From positions 56,590-83,516 of the forward strand of contig CAZJQC010000005.1 in NCBI GenBank assembly GCA_964548195.1: 26,927 nucleotides of DNA. The letters are read 5' to 3'. The position numbers and the translations under genes are program-made. Numbering within the stretch: position 1 is the first letter of the stretch; each line of letters begins with the position of its first letter. This document shows positions 1 to 9,429 of this stretch, piece by piece. The DNA comes from an uncultured bacterium. GTDB lineage: Bacteria > Macinerneyibacteriota > Macinerneyibacteria > Macinerneyibacteriales > DSCS01. Under the pieces are notes generated by a model. It worked only from the letters and a program-made list of their open reading frames with translations. It was not told the DNA's origin and ran no database searches.

Positions 1-896
1 CGGAAAAGGCCGACTCCGTCGGCGCCGTAATTGTTCACATGGTCCGCCTCGTTGACCATCTCCATGTTTATCTCGATCTTTATGCGCTTTCCATCCTTTG
101 TCACGGCCTCTTCGTAACGCATCTTCTCCAGGCTTTTGACATAATTCACATAGCCGCGGCGAAGCGCCTGGTATTCCTTTATAGTGTCCTCGTCGGGGTT
201 TATTATCACAGTGCCGTTGTTGGAATCAAGTATGATCAGATCATCCGGGTCGACATCATTGATCACGTCCGAGACGCCCACGACCGCGGGCACTTCCAGC
301 GAGCGGGCCATGATCGCCGCATGTGAAGTCGTGCCGCCCACCTCTGTCACTATGCCCGCTATCTTCTGCCGCCCCAGCTCCGCCATGTCCGAGGGGGATA
401 TGTTATGGGACAACACGATGACATCGCCCATCTCGCCCGTGATCTCGGGCGCCAGCTGTATGCCCAGGTAGTTCTTCAGGATGCGCTTCCCGACATCAAG
501 CAGGTCATTGGCACGCTCCCTAAGATAGGGGTCCGGCATGCCCTCAAACACTTTCACAAGGCTGTTAAGCGTCTCATTAAAGGCATAGTCGACGGAGACC
601 ATCTCGTCTGCGGCCTTGTTTATGGACTTGTCTATCAGATTGGGGTCGTTGACCAGGAGTATATGCGCGTCGAATATGGCGGACTCTTCTATCCCTATAT
701 CGTTTTTCACGCTGTTTTTGATCTTCTTGAGCTCTTTTTTTGTCTTGTCAACGGCTTTTTTGAACAGCACTATCTGCTCATCAAGCTCCTTTTCGCTGAC
801 ATTGACTCTTTTTACGGTATACCCGGCGCCCTTTATCGGCAACGCATGCCCTATTGCTATACCGTTTGAAGCCTGTATCCCGCGGAATATCTTCAC
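1..896 (-). CDS. ptsI: PTS enzyme I (PEP-protein phosphotransferase), 5' part only; runs off the window
   Basis: Not in the ORF track. Manual translation from GTG at 896 (overlapping the ptsH TAG) gives MKIFRGIQASNGIAIG...IFDAHILL...YLRERANDLLDV...GGTTSHAAIMARSLEVPAVVG...GADGVGLF, which includes the phospho-His motif TSHAAI. Confidence 0.96.
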   Translation of the reverse strand, partial: MKIFRGIQASNGIAIGHALPIKGAGYTVKRVNVSEKELDEQIVLFKKAVDKTKKELKKIKNSVKNDIGIEESAIFDAHILLVNDPNLIDKSINKAADEMVSVDYAFNETLNSLVKVFEGMPDPYLRERANDLLDVGKRILKNYLGIQLAPEITGEMGDVIVLSHNISPSDMAELGRQKIAGIVTEVGGTTSHAAIMARSLEVPAVVGVSDVINDVDPDDLIILDSNNGTVIINPDEDTIKEYQALRRGYVNYVKSLEKMRYEEAVTKDGKRIKIEINMEMVNEADHVNNYGADGVGLF

Positions 897-1165
897 TATT
901 CACCCTCTCCGAACCTGTCTGCTATCAGGGTCTCGATCGCATCGAGAGCCTCCTCCTCATCGGGGCCGTCGGCCTTGACCGCGATCACGTTCCCCCTGGA
1001 TACCGCAAGCATCATCACGCCGAGTATGCTTTTCGCGTTTACCTCCTGATCCCTGTATTCTATATCGATCTCGGAATCAAACTTTGAGGATTCCTGTACC
1101 AGCAGCGCAGCGGCCCTCGCATGCAGTCCCAGCTTGTTGATTATTTCCATCTCTCTCTTTATCAT
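896..1165 (-). CDS. ptsH: Phosphocarrier protein HPr
   Basis: 89 aa with GLHARAAA (His15) and NAKSILGVM (Ser46, the HprK target). Confidence 0.96.
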   Translation of the reverse strand: MIKREMEIINKLGLHARAAALLVQESSKFDSEIDIEYRDQEVNAKSILGVMMLAVSRGNVIAVKADGPDEEEALDAIETLIADRFGEGE

Positions 1166-1881
1166 ATTATTCCTCCTATGAGAAGTATTATCAATACAAA
1201 ATAAAAAATGATGATATTCGGCAGTCTTCTGACCAATGCCATGATAACGAGGGATGCCGCAAACAACGGCAGCGCGGATCTCAAATCAAGATAAAACATA
1301 CTGATCATACCGAATCCCCAAAATGTGCCCAGCAGGATTATAGCAGTTCTCCTTAGCAAATCCACTTTTTTCTGCAGATTAAGCCGTTTGAGATCCTCTA
1401 TAAGCTCCTTACCCTTGTTAAACCCGCCGTCAAAGCCTCTTATCATGATCGCCGCGCGTATAAGATTATAGAGCAACAGATAAAATACCAGAGACGCCGC
1501 CGCAAAGCGCAGGTCTATGCTCAGGAACACGGCGAACGAGGCGCAAAAAATAAAAAAAGGCTTTAAGGCGCCCCAGAAAAAAGAATCGCCCAGGGCGGCC
1601 AGAGGCCCCATGAGCTTCAGTTTGATGTTTTCGATATCCCTGAGCAGTTCCTCATCTCCGGTCTCGGAATATTTTTTTTCAAGGCCGGCCACGGCGCCCA
1701 TGACAAAAGGCGCCATAAAAGGGTGCGTGTTGAAGTATCTGTCATAACGAAACGCAAACTGCGCCGGCGACGTCCCGCCGTATTTGCGCACCACCGGTGC
1801 GAGTATGTAACAGAAACCGTATCCCATCATCCTGTTGTAGTTCCACAGGGCCTGTATGAAAAGCATGCGCGCAAACATCAT
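1162..1881 (-). CDS. PTS mannose/fructose/sorbose family IID component
   Basis: WNYNRMMGYGF, YFNTHP and KLMGPLAALGDSFFW motifs. The ATG at 1881 forms an ATGA overlap with the IIC stop; the alternative start is TTG at 1893. Confidence 0.9.
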   Translation of the reverse strand: MMFARMLFIQALWNYNRMMGYGFCYILAPVVRKYGGTSPAQFAFRYDRYFNTHPFMAPFVMGAVAGLEKKYSETGDEELLRDIENIKLKLMGPLAALGDSFFWGALKPFFIFCASFAVFLSIDLRFAAASLVFYLLLYNLIRAAIMIRGFDGGFNKGKELIEDLKRLNLQKKVDLLRRTAIILLGTFWGFGMISMFYLDLRSALPLFAASLVIMALVRRLPNIIIFYFVLIILLIGGII

Positions 1882-2570
1882 AAAGCGGCCCAAAATATCA
1901 CCCCTGCCAAAAGCCCACCCGTGATGCCGGCGATAAAATAACCGTTGTTTCTTTTGTCGTTGAACCTGTCAAGAAGAAAGAGCATGCCTGCCAGGGGAAG
2001 ATAACGCCAGACCTCTCCGATATAATGGGCGTCCATGATCCCGCCCATCAGAGCCTCGACCCTTGCGGCCGCCGTGCTCACCACCCATGAGAGCACACAG
2101 ATATTGACCAGGTTGATGAAAAATGTCAACGCCAGGGACATAAACATCCCCGAGCTGATCTTGGAAAATTTGCCCTTTGAAACGACATCTTCGAACACGT
2201 ATTCGCTTATGACTCCGTTTATTCTCCGTACGAATATATCCACTTCCCTCCCCCAGTATCCCGCGGGAAGAGAAAGTAAAAAAACAGCGACAAGCAGCGG
2301 GGTGCGAAAGGAGCCTGAGAGCACGGCCGAACACCAAAACACGGCTGCGGCAAAACCCGCGAAGGGAGGGACAGACGCCCCCACCGCCAGCCGCCCTAAA
2401 AATATGAACTCCATATTTATACCCGCCCGCATGCCCTCGCCAGGATGTCCGCTCACAAACCCCATCAGGGGCAACATAAAAATAGGTTCGGAGAGCATGA
2501 ACTGTCCCGCATAGGTGGCATCCAGCAATATCAGACTTGAAAATGCCGCGGTCAGGAAAAAAGTCATCAT
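1878..2570 (-). CDS. PTS mannose/fructose/sorbose family IIC component
   Basis: Hydrophobic protein with GQFMLSEPI and EFIFLG..AVGASVPP motifs, lying between IIB and IID. Confidence 0.87.
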   Translation of the reverse strand: MMTFFLTAAFSSLILLDATYAGQFMLSEPIFMLPLMGFVSGHPGEGMRAGINMEFIFLGRLAVGASVPPFAGFAAAVFWCSAVLSGSFRTPLLVAVFLLSLPAGYWGREVDIFVRRINGVISEYVFEDVVSKGKFSKISSGMFMSLALTFFINLVNICVLSWVVSTAAARVEALMGGIMDAHYIGEVWRYLPLAGMLFLLDRFNDKRNNGYFIAGITGGLLAGVIFWAAL

Positions 2571-3040
2571 AACAGCTGGAGAAAATCTCCCTTTTTATCC
2601 GTGGGTACGATGCGTCCCTCGAAACTCACGCCCTTTGCCGCCATTTCCCTGATAAGGGCCTTGTCGGCATCATTGAGAAAAACGGCCCGTGTGACCTGCT
2701 CCTTGCCCGGCGAAAAACGCATGCCCCCTATATTGACCTCTTTGATGAGACAACCCAGCGCCATGAGTCTTTGAAAAATATCCGGTGTCTTCACAAGCAC
2801 TATGGAACGAAGCGCGCTGTCGGAGTCCGCCTTCTTTATGGAGCCGCATGCCTCGCCGACTGAAGTCACTGTAAGCTTAAGGCCCGTGGGAACGCTCATC
2901 TCCATGAGAGATCTGTCGAAATCATTCTGAAAGACCTCGTCGTCCACAACTATCAGATGATTGGCTTCAAGGGCGTTTTTCCACCCCACGGCAACCTGGC
3001 CGTGCACAAGTCTGTCGTCCACTCTGTATAATACGATCAT
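2567..3040 (-). CDS. PTS mannose/sorbose family IIB component
   Basis: RVDDRLVHGQV phospho-His motif and VNIGGM. Confidence 0.95.
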   Translation of the reverse strand: MIVLYRVDDRLVHGQVAVGWKNALEANHLIVVDDEVFQNDFDRSLMEMSVPTGLKLTVTSVGEACGSIKKADSDSALRSIVLVKTPDIFQRLMALGCLIKEVNIGGMRFSPGKEQVTRAVFLNDADKALIREMAAKGVSFEGRIVPTDKKGDFLQLL

Positions 3041-3468
3041 TTCACACCCCTTTTGGCAAGAGCTTTTCCCATATCTATAATCGAACGTCGGCTTTCATCT
3101 GTAATAATATCCCTTAATCGCTCCCCTGGCAATATCTTACTCCCCGCTGAAAAAGCAATAAGCATGGAGAGGTTCGCTCCCGCAAACCCGTACAGTTTTC
3201 CCCTGAAAAAGGGGGAGGCTGTATGTTGCGACAGGAGCTTCATAGCCGTATTCGCGCAGCTTCCGCCGAACAGGTCCGTGAAAATGAATATGTCATCGTC
3301 GGGATGCTCCGCTATTATATCCATAAGCTCCGCACGGAATCCGTCAATGTCATCGCCTCTGTGAAAGCCCGCAGATACCAGGCTCCCGTTGTCGCCCACG
3401 ATATCCCTGACGGTTTCGACCATAGCAGAGCCCATGTTGCCGTGTGTGGCGACAATTCCGTAATTCAT
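3037..3468 (-). CDS. PTS mannose family IIA component
   Basis: IVATHG phospho-His motif, TDLFGGS and GANLSML. Confidence 0.92.
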   Translation of the reverse strand: MNYGIVATHGNMGSAMVETVRDIVGDNGSLVSAGFHRGDDIDGFRAELMDIIAEHPDDDIFIFTDLFGGSCANTAMKLLSQHTASPFFRGKLYGFAGANLSMLIAFSAGSKILPGERLRDIITDESRRSIIDMGKALAKRGVK

Positions 3469-3469
3469 G

Positions 3470-4360
3470 TCAACTCCGTCCTTTCAGCCCCGCATAGAGC
3501 CTGTATATCTTTTTCATCCTGGATGAGACACCGCCTTTTGTCAGCGGCGGTTCCAGCAAAGCGCCCAGTTCCGTAAGCGTCAGCCCCGGACTGCCGATCC
3601 GCAGCATCGCAAGTTCTCTGAGATAATCCGGAAGGATGTCAAAACCGAAAGTGAGAAGAAAATCCTCCAGCATCTCCCGGTCCCGCTCATAGCCGTTTAC
3701 CTGGCGGTTAAGGTTCGCCATGCTGTAGTTCACAAGCCGCACTGTCTTGTTCTTGTCTTCCCGGTAGGACCCGAAATCCCTGAGCACCGCGGCCGTCTGT
3801 GTCAGGCCCGCGGATTCAAAAAGGCCGCTCAGATTGGATATGCCTTTGATCAGTATCCTGTCCTCATATTCATAGAACTTGACCGCCTTCTCGTTCAATA
3901 TCGCCGTGATCAGCGCGCCAAAAGGAGCGGGGTTCCTGATCTCAAGCTGATATGAATCCTCAAAGCTGAACAAATATCCCTTATACAGTATCACTTCCAT
4001 CAAAGACCTGTCCCGGCAGCACGGCCCGCTTCCCCCTGTATCGGGAAGGAACTCGGCGCTCTCCGACAACAGGTCAAGTTCGTTTAGTATCTCCCTTGAC
4101 ACATGTATGTTCACCCAATATTTTTTCTCATCATACATGATCTCAAAGTCATAATCGCCGGGAAACGCCCTTTTAAAAAACGCAAGCGTCCTCCTGAGCA
4201 GGGCCCTGTCCTCTTTTTTGAACTCAAGGGCCGGGCCGGTCGACGAGATCCTGAAAGTGCCGTAAAAACGGAAGGCGACCTTCAGAGCCGCAAGCAGGCA
4301 GCATCTTTCGGCGGGTATTTTCCACCGGATCTCCTCCTTGAGCAGGTCATTGTTCTTCAT
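3470..4360 (-). CDS. whiA: DNA-binding protein WhiA (divergent)
   Basis: Two CC pairs in the N-terminal half, VRLVNYSMANL (cf. NRxVNxETANL) and the C-terminal HTH LTLTELGALLEPPLTKGGVSSRMKKI. Confidence 0.88.
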   Translation of the reverse strand: MKNNDLLKEEIRWKIPAERCCLLAALKVAFRFYGTFRISSTGPALEFKKEDRALLRRTLAFFKRAFPGDYDFEIMYDEKKYWVNIHVSREILNELDLLSESAEFLPDTGGSGPCCRDRSLMEVILYKGYLFSFEDSYQLEIRNPAPFGALITAILNEKAVKFYEYEDRILIKGISNLSGLFESAGLTQTAAVLRDFGSYREDKNKTVRLVNYSMANLNRQVNGYERDREMLEDFLLTFGFDILPDYLRELAMLRIGSPGLTLTELGALLEPPLTKGGVSSRMKKIYRLYAGLKGRS

Positions 4361-5306
4361 CGTTTTTTGTGTTCCTGCTGATATCCCGTATCAGATTGGC
4401 TGTAAACTTCATGGGCGTGTTGAAACCCCGTATGTTCGCATACTCATTTTTGGCTATGACTTCCACGACAGTCCCTATGCTTTTGCCCGGTGTCACCGGC
4501 ACGGTGTACATGGGCAGATCCACATCCATGAGCCTGAACCGTTCACGGTCTATGCCCAGCCGCTCAAAATGGCGGCCTTTTTCAAAGGTCACGAGATTTA
4601 CCACGCAGTCTACGGCCTTTTCCTCCGTTATGGACCGAAGCCCGTACAACTCCTTGATATCTATTACGCCGACGCCGCGTATCTCTATGTAATGCTTTCC
4701 CGTGCGCGCGGAATGCCCCGTCAGCACACCGCGTTTCTTTTTTATCCTGACCATGTCATCCGCGATGAACCGGTAGCCTCTTCTTATAAGCTCCAACGCG
4801 CATTCGCTTTTTCCTATGCCGCTTTCGCCGATGATCAGGACCCCCTGGTCGGCCACATCCACCAATACCCCGTGAACAGTCTTCTCCTCGGCCAGAAGGT
4901 CTTCAAGTATGTCGAGCAATGTGATCTGAAGCTCCTGATAAGGAAGGTCGAACAAAAAAACAGGTATGCCGTTCCCGGCGGCAAAATCACGTATCTTTTC
5001 ATGACAATGTACGCTTTTCTGAATGATAAAGGCGGTGGCCCTGACACGGAGAAAGTTTCTCAATATCTCGTCTTTTTCATCATCGCCGAGACGCGCGAAA
5101 TATGCGAGCTCCCGCTTTTTTAATATGATCAGCCTGTCCTCCGGGAAATAATCCCAGAATCCGGTCAATGAAATGCCGGGCGAGACAAATATGGGCGACA
5201 TGAGGGGCTTCTTAAGCCCCTCATCATCGCCTGAATATTCAAACGGTATGTTCTTGACGTTAAGCACCCTGTACAGGTCGCCCAGAACGGCGGAATTCCT
5301 CCCCAT
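4347..5306 (-). CDS. hprK: HPr(Ser) kinase/phosphorylase
   Basis: VHGVLVDV, Walker A GESGIGKSE, ADD and the EIRGVGVIDI signature; full length including the N-terminal domain. Confidence 0.96.
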   Translation of the reverse strand: MGRNSAVLGDLYRVLNVKNIPFEYSGDDEGLKKPLMSPIFVSPGISLTGFWDYFPEDRLIILKKRELAYFARLGDDEKDEILRNFLRVRATAFIIQKSVHCHEKIRDFAAGNGIPVFLFDLPYQELQITLLDILEDLLAEEKTVHGVLVDVADQGVLIIGESGIGKSECALELIRRGYRFIADDMVRIKKKRGVLTGHSARTGKHYIEIRGVGVIDIKELYGLRSITEEKAVDCVVNLVTFEKGRHFERLGIDRERFRLMDVDLPMYTVPVTPGKSIGTVVEVIAKNEYANIRGFNTPMKFTANLIRDISRNTKNDEEQ

Positions 5307-5307
5307 A

Positions 5308-5847
5308 TCAACCTTTCGGATCGATCAGACCGAGATCCCCGTCCTTTCGTCTATAGATTACATTGACTCTGCCCGAGGCTGAATGTGTGAATACGATAAA
5401 ATCGTTGTTGAGAAGGTCCATCTGCATGGCGGCCTCCTCGACACTCATGGGTTTTTTAACATATCTGTCGACCTTGATTATATGCCTGCCGTCAAGTTCG
5501 ACTCCCTCGGTCAGCTCCTCGTCTTCGAAAAAGCGCGGAGAATCATTGTTTTTCTTGCGGTCCGCCATCTTATCCCTGATCTTTTTCAACTTTCGGGCAA
5601 GCATGTCCGTGCTCTTGTCAATAGACTTGTAGAGATCGTCTGTAGCTTCCGAGACATGCACCGTGCTTCCCGCGGTCTGAACGGTGATCTCTGCGATATG
5701 ACGTTGCTTTTCCACGCCGAGTATTACCTTTGATGAGATGATCCTTTCGTCGAAATGTTCGAGTCTGCTGATCTTTTCATCGATATACTCCTTCAGGGAA
5801 GGCGTCACTTTTATGTTCTTCCCGGTCACACTGATTTTCATCGTCAT
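5308..5847 (-). CDS. hpf: Ribosome hibernation promoting factor, long form
   Basis: ISVTGKNIKVT, DLYKSID and the C-terminal domain KPMSVEEAAMQM...VIYRRKDGDLGLI. A start at 5847 or 5841 follows GAAAGGGGG and is preferred over 5886. Confidence 0.95.
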   Translation of the reverse strand: MTMKISVTGKNIKVTPSLKEYIDEKISRLEHFDERIISSKVILGVEKQRHIAEITVQTAGSTVHVSEATDDLYKSIDKSTDMLARKLKKIRDKMADRKKNNDSPRFFEDEELTEGVELDGRHIIKVDRYVKKPMSVEEAAMQMDLLNNDFIVFTHSASGRVNVIYRRKDGDLGLIDPKG

Positions 5848-5898
5848 CCGGCCCCCTTTCGTTAAGGCTGCATACAAGCCACACATGCTTTAATCCTG

Positions 5899-5927
5899 AT
5901 TATACACTCAAGCGCTGCGCTTTGCAA
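5899..5927 (-). promoter_or_regulatory. sigma70-type promoter for hpf-hprK-whiA-PTS
   Basis: Minus strand TTGCAA-N17-TATAAT in the lpdA/hpf intergenic gap. Confidence 0.75.
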
Positions 5928-5938
5928 TAGCCTATGGG

Positions 5939-7273
5939 TCAAACCTTGTGTATGGCATGTCCCAAAGCGTCCTCCGCAGCCTCCGCCACCACTTCGCTTA
6001 GTGTCGGATGGGCGTGTATCGCATCCGCAAGCGCGCTCATCTTCAGCCTGTTATGCACCGCTATGGCTCCCTCATGTATCAGGTCCGAGGCATGAGGCCC
6101 CATCACCTCCATGCCGACCACAGTATACTGTTCGTCGGCTATGATCTTCACATAACCTTCGGACTCGCCCGCGCCCAATGCCTTTCCGTTGGCCGAGAAC
6201 AGAAACTTGCCGGTTTTGGGATTCTCGACCTCATCTTCGTTTTTACCCACCACCGCGATCTCAGGTGTGGTGAACACGGCCCATGGCACCGCGTCGTAAT
6301 TGACTTTTGAAGGTATGCCGGCTATGTTTTCAACAGCCACAATACCTTCCTTCGACGCGACATGGGCAAGCTGGGGAGTCGCTATGACGTCGCCAATGGC
6401 GTAAATACCGCTGACCGAAGTCATCAGCTTTTCGTCGACCTTTATATAGCCTTTTTCCGTCTCGATACCGAGACGTTCCGTGTCTATTCCGTCAAGCACC
6501 GGCCTTCTGCCCACGGCCACAAGCAGCAATTCGCTTTCTATGGCCTGTCCGTCGTCAAGGACCACGCGACCCCGTTCGACTTTTTCCACTTTTTTGGAGG
6601 TGTGCACGGAAACCCCGTTTTTCTTGAATATCGATTTAAGCCTGGCGCTGAGTTTTTTGTCCATGCCGGGCAGAAGGTTTTTTTCCATCTCGATTATGTG
6701 GACTTCAGCTCCGAGATTGGACCATATGCCGGCGAACTCAACGCCTATGACGCCGCCGCCGATGATGCATAGCGACTTTATGTTCCGGTCCACATCAAGC
6801 AGCGCCGTGCTGTCAACGGTATATCCGTCAACATCCATGAAAGAAGGCACAAAAGGCTTCGAACCGGTGGCTATGATAATGTCCTTTGTCTCAATGGACT
6901 CATCGCCGACGATGACCCTGCCGGGGCCTTCTATACGACCCTCGCCGCTATATACCGTGATGCCCCGTTTTTTGAATATATGTTCTATCCCGTCCACCAA
7001 TTTAGCCACTACCTCGTTTTTTCGCTCGACCATGCGGGCTATGTCGTATGTTATCTCTCCCGAGATATTGATACCGAACTTTGAAGCCTCCCTTATTTTC
7101 GCATACAGTTCAGACACGGAGACATATGTTTTTGTGGGTATGCAGCCCACGTTCAGACACGTCCCGCCCAGATACTCCCTTTCGACGACCGCGACATCCA
7201 GTCCGAGCTGCGCGGCGCGTATGGCAGCCACATATCCCCCGGGACCCGCTCCAATAATAGTCAAATCTCTCAT
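5939..7273 (-). CDS. lpdA: Dihydrolipoamide dehydrogenase (E3 / L-protein)
   Basis: GAGPGGY FAD motif, redox disulfide GGTCLNVGCIP, GGGVIG NAD motif and C-terminal HAHPTLSE. Confidence 0.95.
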   Translation of the reverse strand: MRDLTIIGAGPGGYVAAIRAAQLGLDVAVVEREYLGGTCLNVGCIPTKTYVSVSELYAKIREASKFGINISGEITYDIARMVERKNEVVAKLVDGIEHIFKKRGITVYSGEGRIEGPGRVIVGDESIETKDIIIATGSKPFVPSFMDVDGYTVDSTALLDVDRNIKSLCIIGGGVIGVEFAGIWSNLGAEVHIIEMEKNLLPGMDKKLSARLKSIFKKNGVSVHTSKKVEKVERGRVVLDDGQAIESELLLVAVGRRPVLDGIDTERLGIETEKGYIKVDEKLMTSVSGIYAIGDVIATPQLAHVASKEGIVAVENIAGIPSKVNYDAVPWAVFTTPEIAVVGKNEDEVENPKTGKFLFSANGKALGAGESEGYVKIIADEQYTVVGMEVMGPHASDLIHEGAIAVHNRLKMSALADAIHAHPTLSEVVAEAAEDALGHAIHKV

Positions 7274-8691
7274 TTCCTGTCTCCTTTTCCGCCGTCGGAT
7301 CCGCTTCCTCCGACAATTCTTCCATGATCTTTAGCCTGTCTTCTTTCGCGCCGGGGCGGGATGTTCATTATGCCCCTGTATTTATTTATCGCTCTTCTGC
7401 TTATGTTAAAACCGCCGCTCTCCAGCGCATCCGTCAGCTGCTGATCCGTCAGCGGGTTTTGTTTGTCTTCCTCGTCCACCAGTTTTTTAAGGGCCTCAAG
7501 GACCTTGTTGCGGGACACATCACCGCTTTCGGAGGTGGAGACCGACCCGGAAGCTCCGGTAAAAAACATGCCCATGGGAAACAGCCCGAAATCGGTCTGT
7601 ATGTATTTGGACTGCACCGCCCTGGTCACAGTGGACGGGTTCAGGTCCAGAAGCCCGGCTACCGTTGCCCTGGTCAGTGGCCTGATCTCCCTGGGCCCCT
7701 TTTCAAAAAAATCCGCCTGTTCCGAGATCAGGGTCTCCGTGATCCTTATCAGGGTGTCCCTCCGCCGTTCAAGGGCGTTCTTTATGTTTTTATAACGCTG
7801 AAAATATATCTTTAAGAATTTTCTGCTTTCAGCCCCCAGGGCGGGATCGCCCAGCATTGACACATACCCCCGGTTTACTGTGAAATATGAGTCATAGCGT
7901 TCGCTGACAGTGATGTTGAAACCGTTTTCCTCCCTGCGTACGGTCACATCCGGGTAAATATACACCGACGGATCCTCGCCGCGCGGGATCGGATGCTCGG
8001 AAAGCGAACGTATTACGCTGGCATAACGCTCCAATTTCGCTCCGCTGATGCCATACCCCGCAAGAAGGGATTCAGGGTCTTCCTTTTTTATCCTCTCGGC
8101 ATTTGCCGTCACTATATCAAAAAGCTCGTCTTCGGCCATGCCTCTGAAATGAAGCTGCACCGCAAAACTTTCCGCAAGGTCACGCCCCCCCACTCCGGGA
8201 GGCACAGACATCAGAAAGATGGAATGAATGTCTTCAAATTCCTGTTCAGTCAGGCCGTGCAGGTCCATGATGGCGCGGTAATCCCGCAGCAGGCCGTCCT
8301 CGTCCAGCATGTCCAGCATATCTCTGAGCACTTCGAGCTCTTTTTCGGTCAGTTTAAGCGTGCCGAACTCCAGCTCTATGTCGTCCTTCCAGTTCTTGCC
8401 GCCCGAATAACTCTCGATTATCAGGTCATGATAATCGCCGCTGTTTGAGATAGGCTGGCCGCTCTTTATGTACATATCCCAGTTCTCGTCAAAGCCGGAA
8501 AATTCCTCGCCGTCTTCCGGCAGAGAGACCGTGTCCTCGCCAGCCGGGTCAAGAAGCGGATTGGACTCCATCTCTTCCTTAAGATATTCGAACAATTCCA
8601 GTTCATTCTTCGTGAGAAGCTCAAGCCCGAGTTTCTGCCTGAGCGACAGCTTGGTCTGGAGTTTTTGTCTTAAGGAGAGTTCGTTTTTCAT
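7270..8691 (-). CDS. rpoN: RNA polymerase sigma-54 factor
   Basis: ESNPLL, PPGVGGRDL, PDV, HTH L.LNPSTVTRA, EDKQNPLTDQQL and a variant RpoN box SRRAINKYR; canonical position downstream of lptB. Confidence 0.93.
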   Translation of the reverse strand: MKNELSLRQKLQTKLSLRQKLGLELLTKNELELFEYLKEEMESNPLLDPAGEDTVSLPEDGEEFSGFDENWDMYIKSGQPISNSGDYHDLIIESYSGGKNWKDDIELEFGTLKLTEKELEVLRDMLDMLDEDGLLRDYRAIMDLHGLTEQEFEDIHSIFLMSVPPGVGGRDLAESFAVQLHFRGMAEDELFDIVTANAERIKKEDPESLLAGYGISGAKLERYASVIRSLSEHPIPRGEDPSVYIYPDVTVRREENGFNITVSERYDSYFTVNRGYVSMLGDPALGAESRKFLKIYFQRYKNIKNALERRRDTLIRITETLISEQADFFEKGPREIRPLTRATVAGLLDLNPSTVTRAVQSKYIQTDFGLFPMGMFFTGASGSVSTSESGDVSRNKVLEALKKLVDEEDKQNPLTDQQLTDALESGGFNISRRAINKYRGIMNIPPRRERRQAKDHGRIVGGSGSDGGKGDRK

Positions 8692-9416
8692 AAGCGGAAC
8701 TTCTCACCCAAATAGACTTTTTTGGCGATCTCGTTCTCTATCAGTTCATCCGGAGTGCCGTGGACCAGTATGCGCCCCTCGCTGAGAATATAGGAGCGGT
8801 CCGTTATGGAAAGAGTCTCCCTCACATTGTGATCGGTTATGAGTATGCCAAGTCCCATATCCCTGAGTTCGGATATCAGTTCCTGTATCTCCCCGACAGC
8901 TATAGGGTCTATCCCCGCGAAAGGTTCGTCAAGCAATAGAAACGAGGGACCCGCGATAAGGGCGCGGGCTATCTCCACACGTCTGCGTTCCCCGCCGGAG
9001 AGCATATAGCCGCGGCTTTTTCTGATATGGGCGACCTTGAACTTTTCAAGCAGTGACTCCCGTTCGGCGGCGACCCGGTCATCCTCGCCATACACAGTCT
9101 CCAATATGGCGTCCAGGTTCTCCTCGACTGTCATGTCCCTGAATATGGAGGGCTCCTGCGGCAGATAACTGAGCCCCTTGCGGCAGCGCAGATACATGGC
9201 TTCACCGGTGATGTCTGTCTCCCCGATACGTATGGTCCCCCCGTCAGGCTTGATTATGCCCACTATCATATAAAAGGAGGTGGTCTTTCCGGCCCCGTTC
9301 GGACCCAGCAAACCCACCACCTCACCAGGTTCTATCATAAGGCTCACATCGGAGACGACAGTGCGTTTGTTATAGACTTTTTGGAGATTATCCGCTCTAA
9401 GGACCCTGTTCTTCAT
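8688..9416 (-). CDS. lptB: LPS export ABC transporter ATPase
   Basis: GLLGPNGAGKTT, YLPQEPSIFR, LSGGERRRVEIAR, DEPFAGIDP, ITDHNVRETL and VYLGEKF. The real start is ATG 9416 (MKNRVL); the ORF-track extension to 9608 overlaps lptA. Confidence 0.96.
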   Translation of the reverse strand: MKNRVLRADNLQKVYNKRTVVSDVSLMIEPGEVVGLLGPNGAGKTTSFYMIVGIIKPDGGTIRIGETDITGEAMYLRCRKGLSYLPQEPSIFRDMTVEENLDAILETVYGEDDRVAAERESLLEKFKVAHIRKSRGYMLSGGERRRVEIARALIAGPSFLLLDEPFAGIDPIAVGEIQELISELRDMGLGILITDHNVRETLSITDRSYILSEGRILVHGTPDELIENEIAKKVYLGEKFRL

Positions 9417-9429
9417 CGCGGCCCGCCTT

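Noticed and set aside
39..1087. Several plus-strand ORFs at the left edge
   Set aside because: They are antisense to ptsI/ptsH; the ORF track missed ptsI because its stop lies outside the window.
7110..7325. 71-aa minus-strand ORF spanning the rpoN/lpdA junction
   Set aside because: It is out of frame within two real genes that are already coupled by an ATGA overlap, and has no recognisable features.
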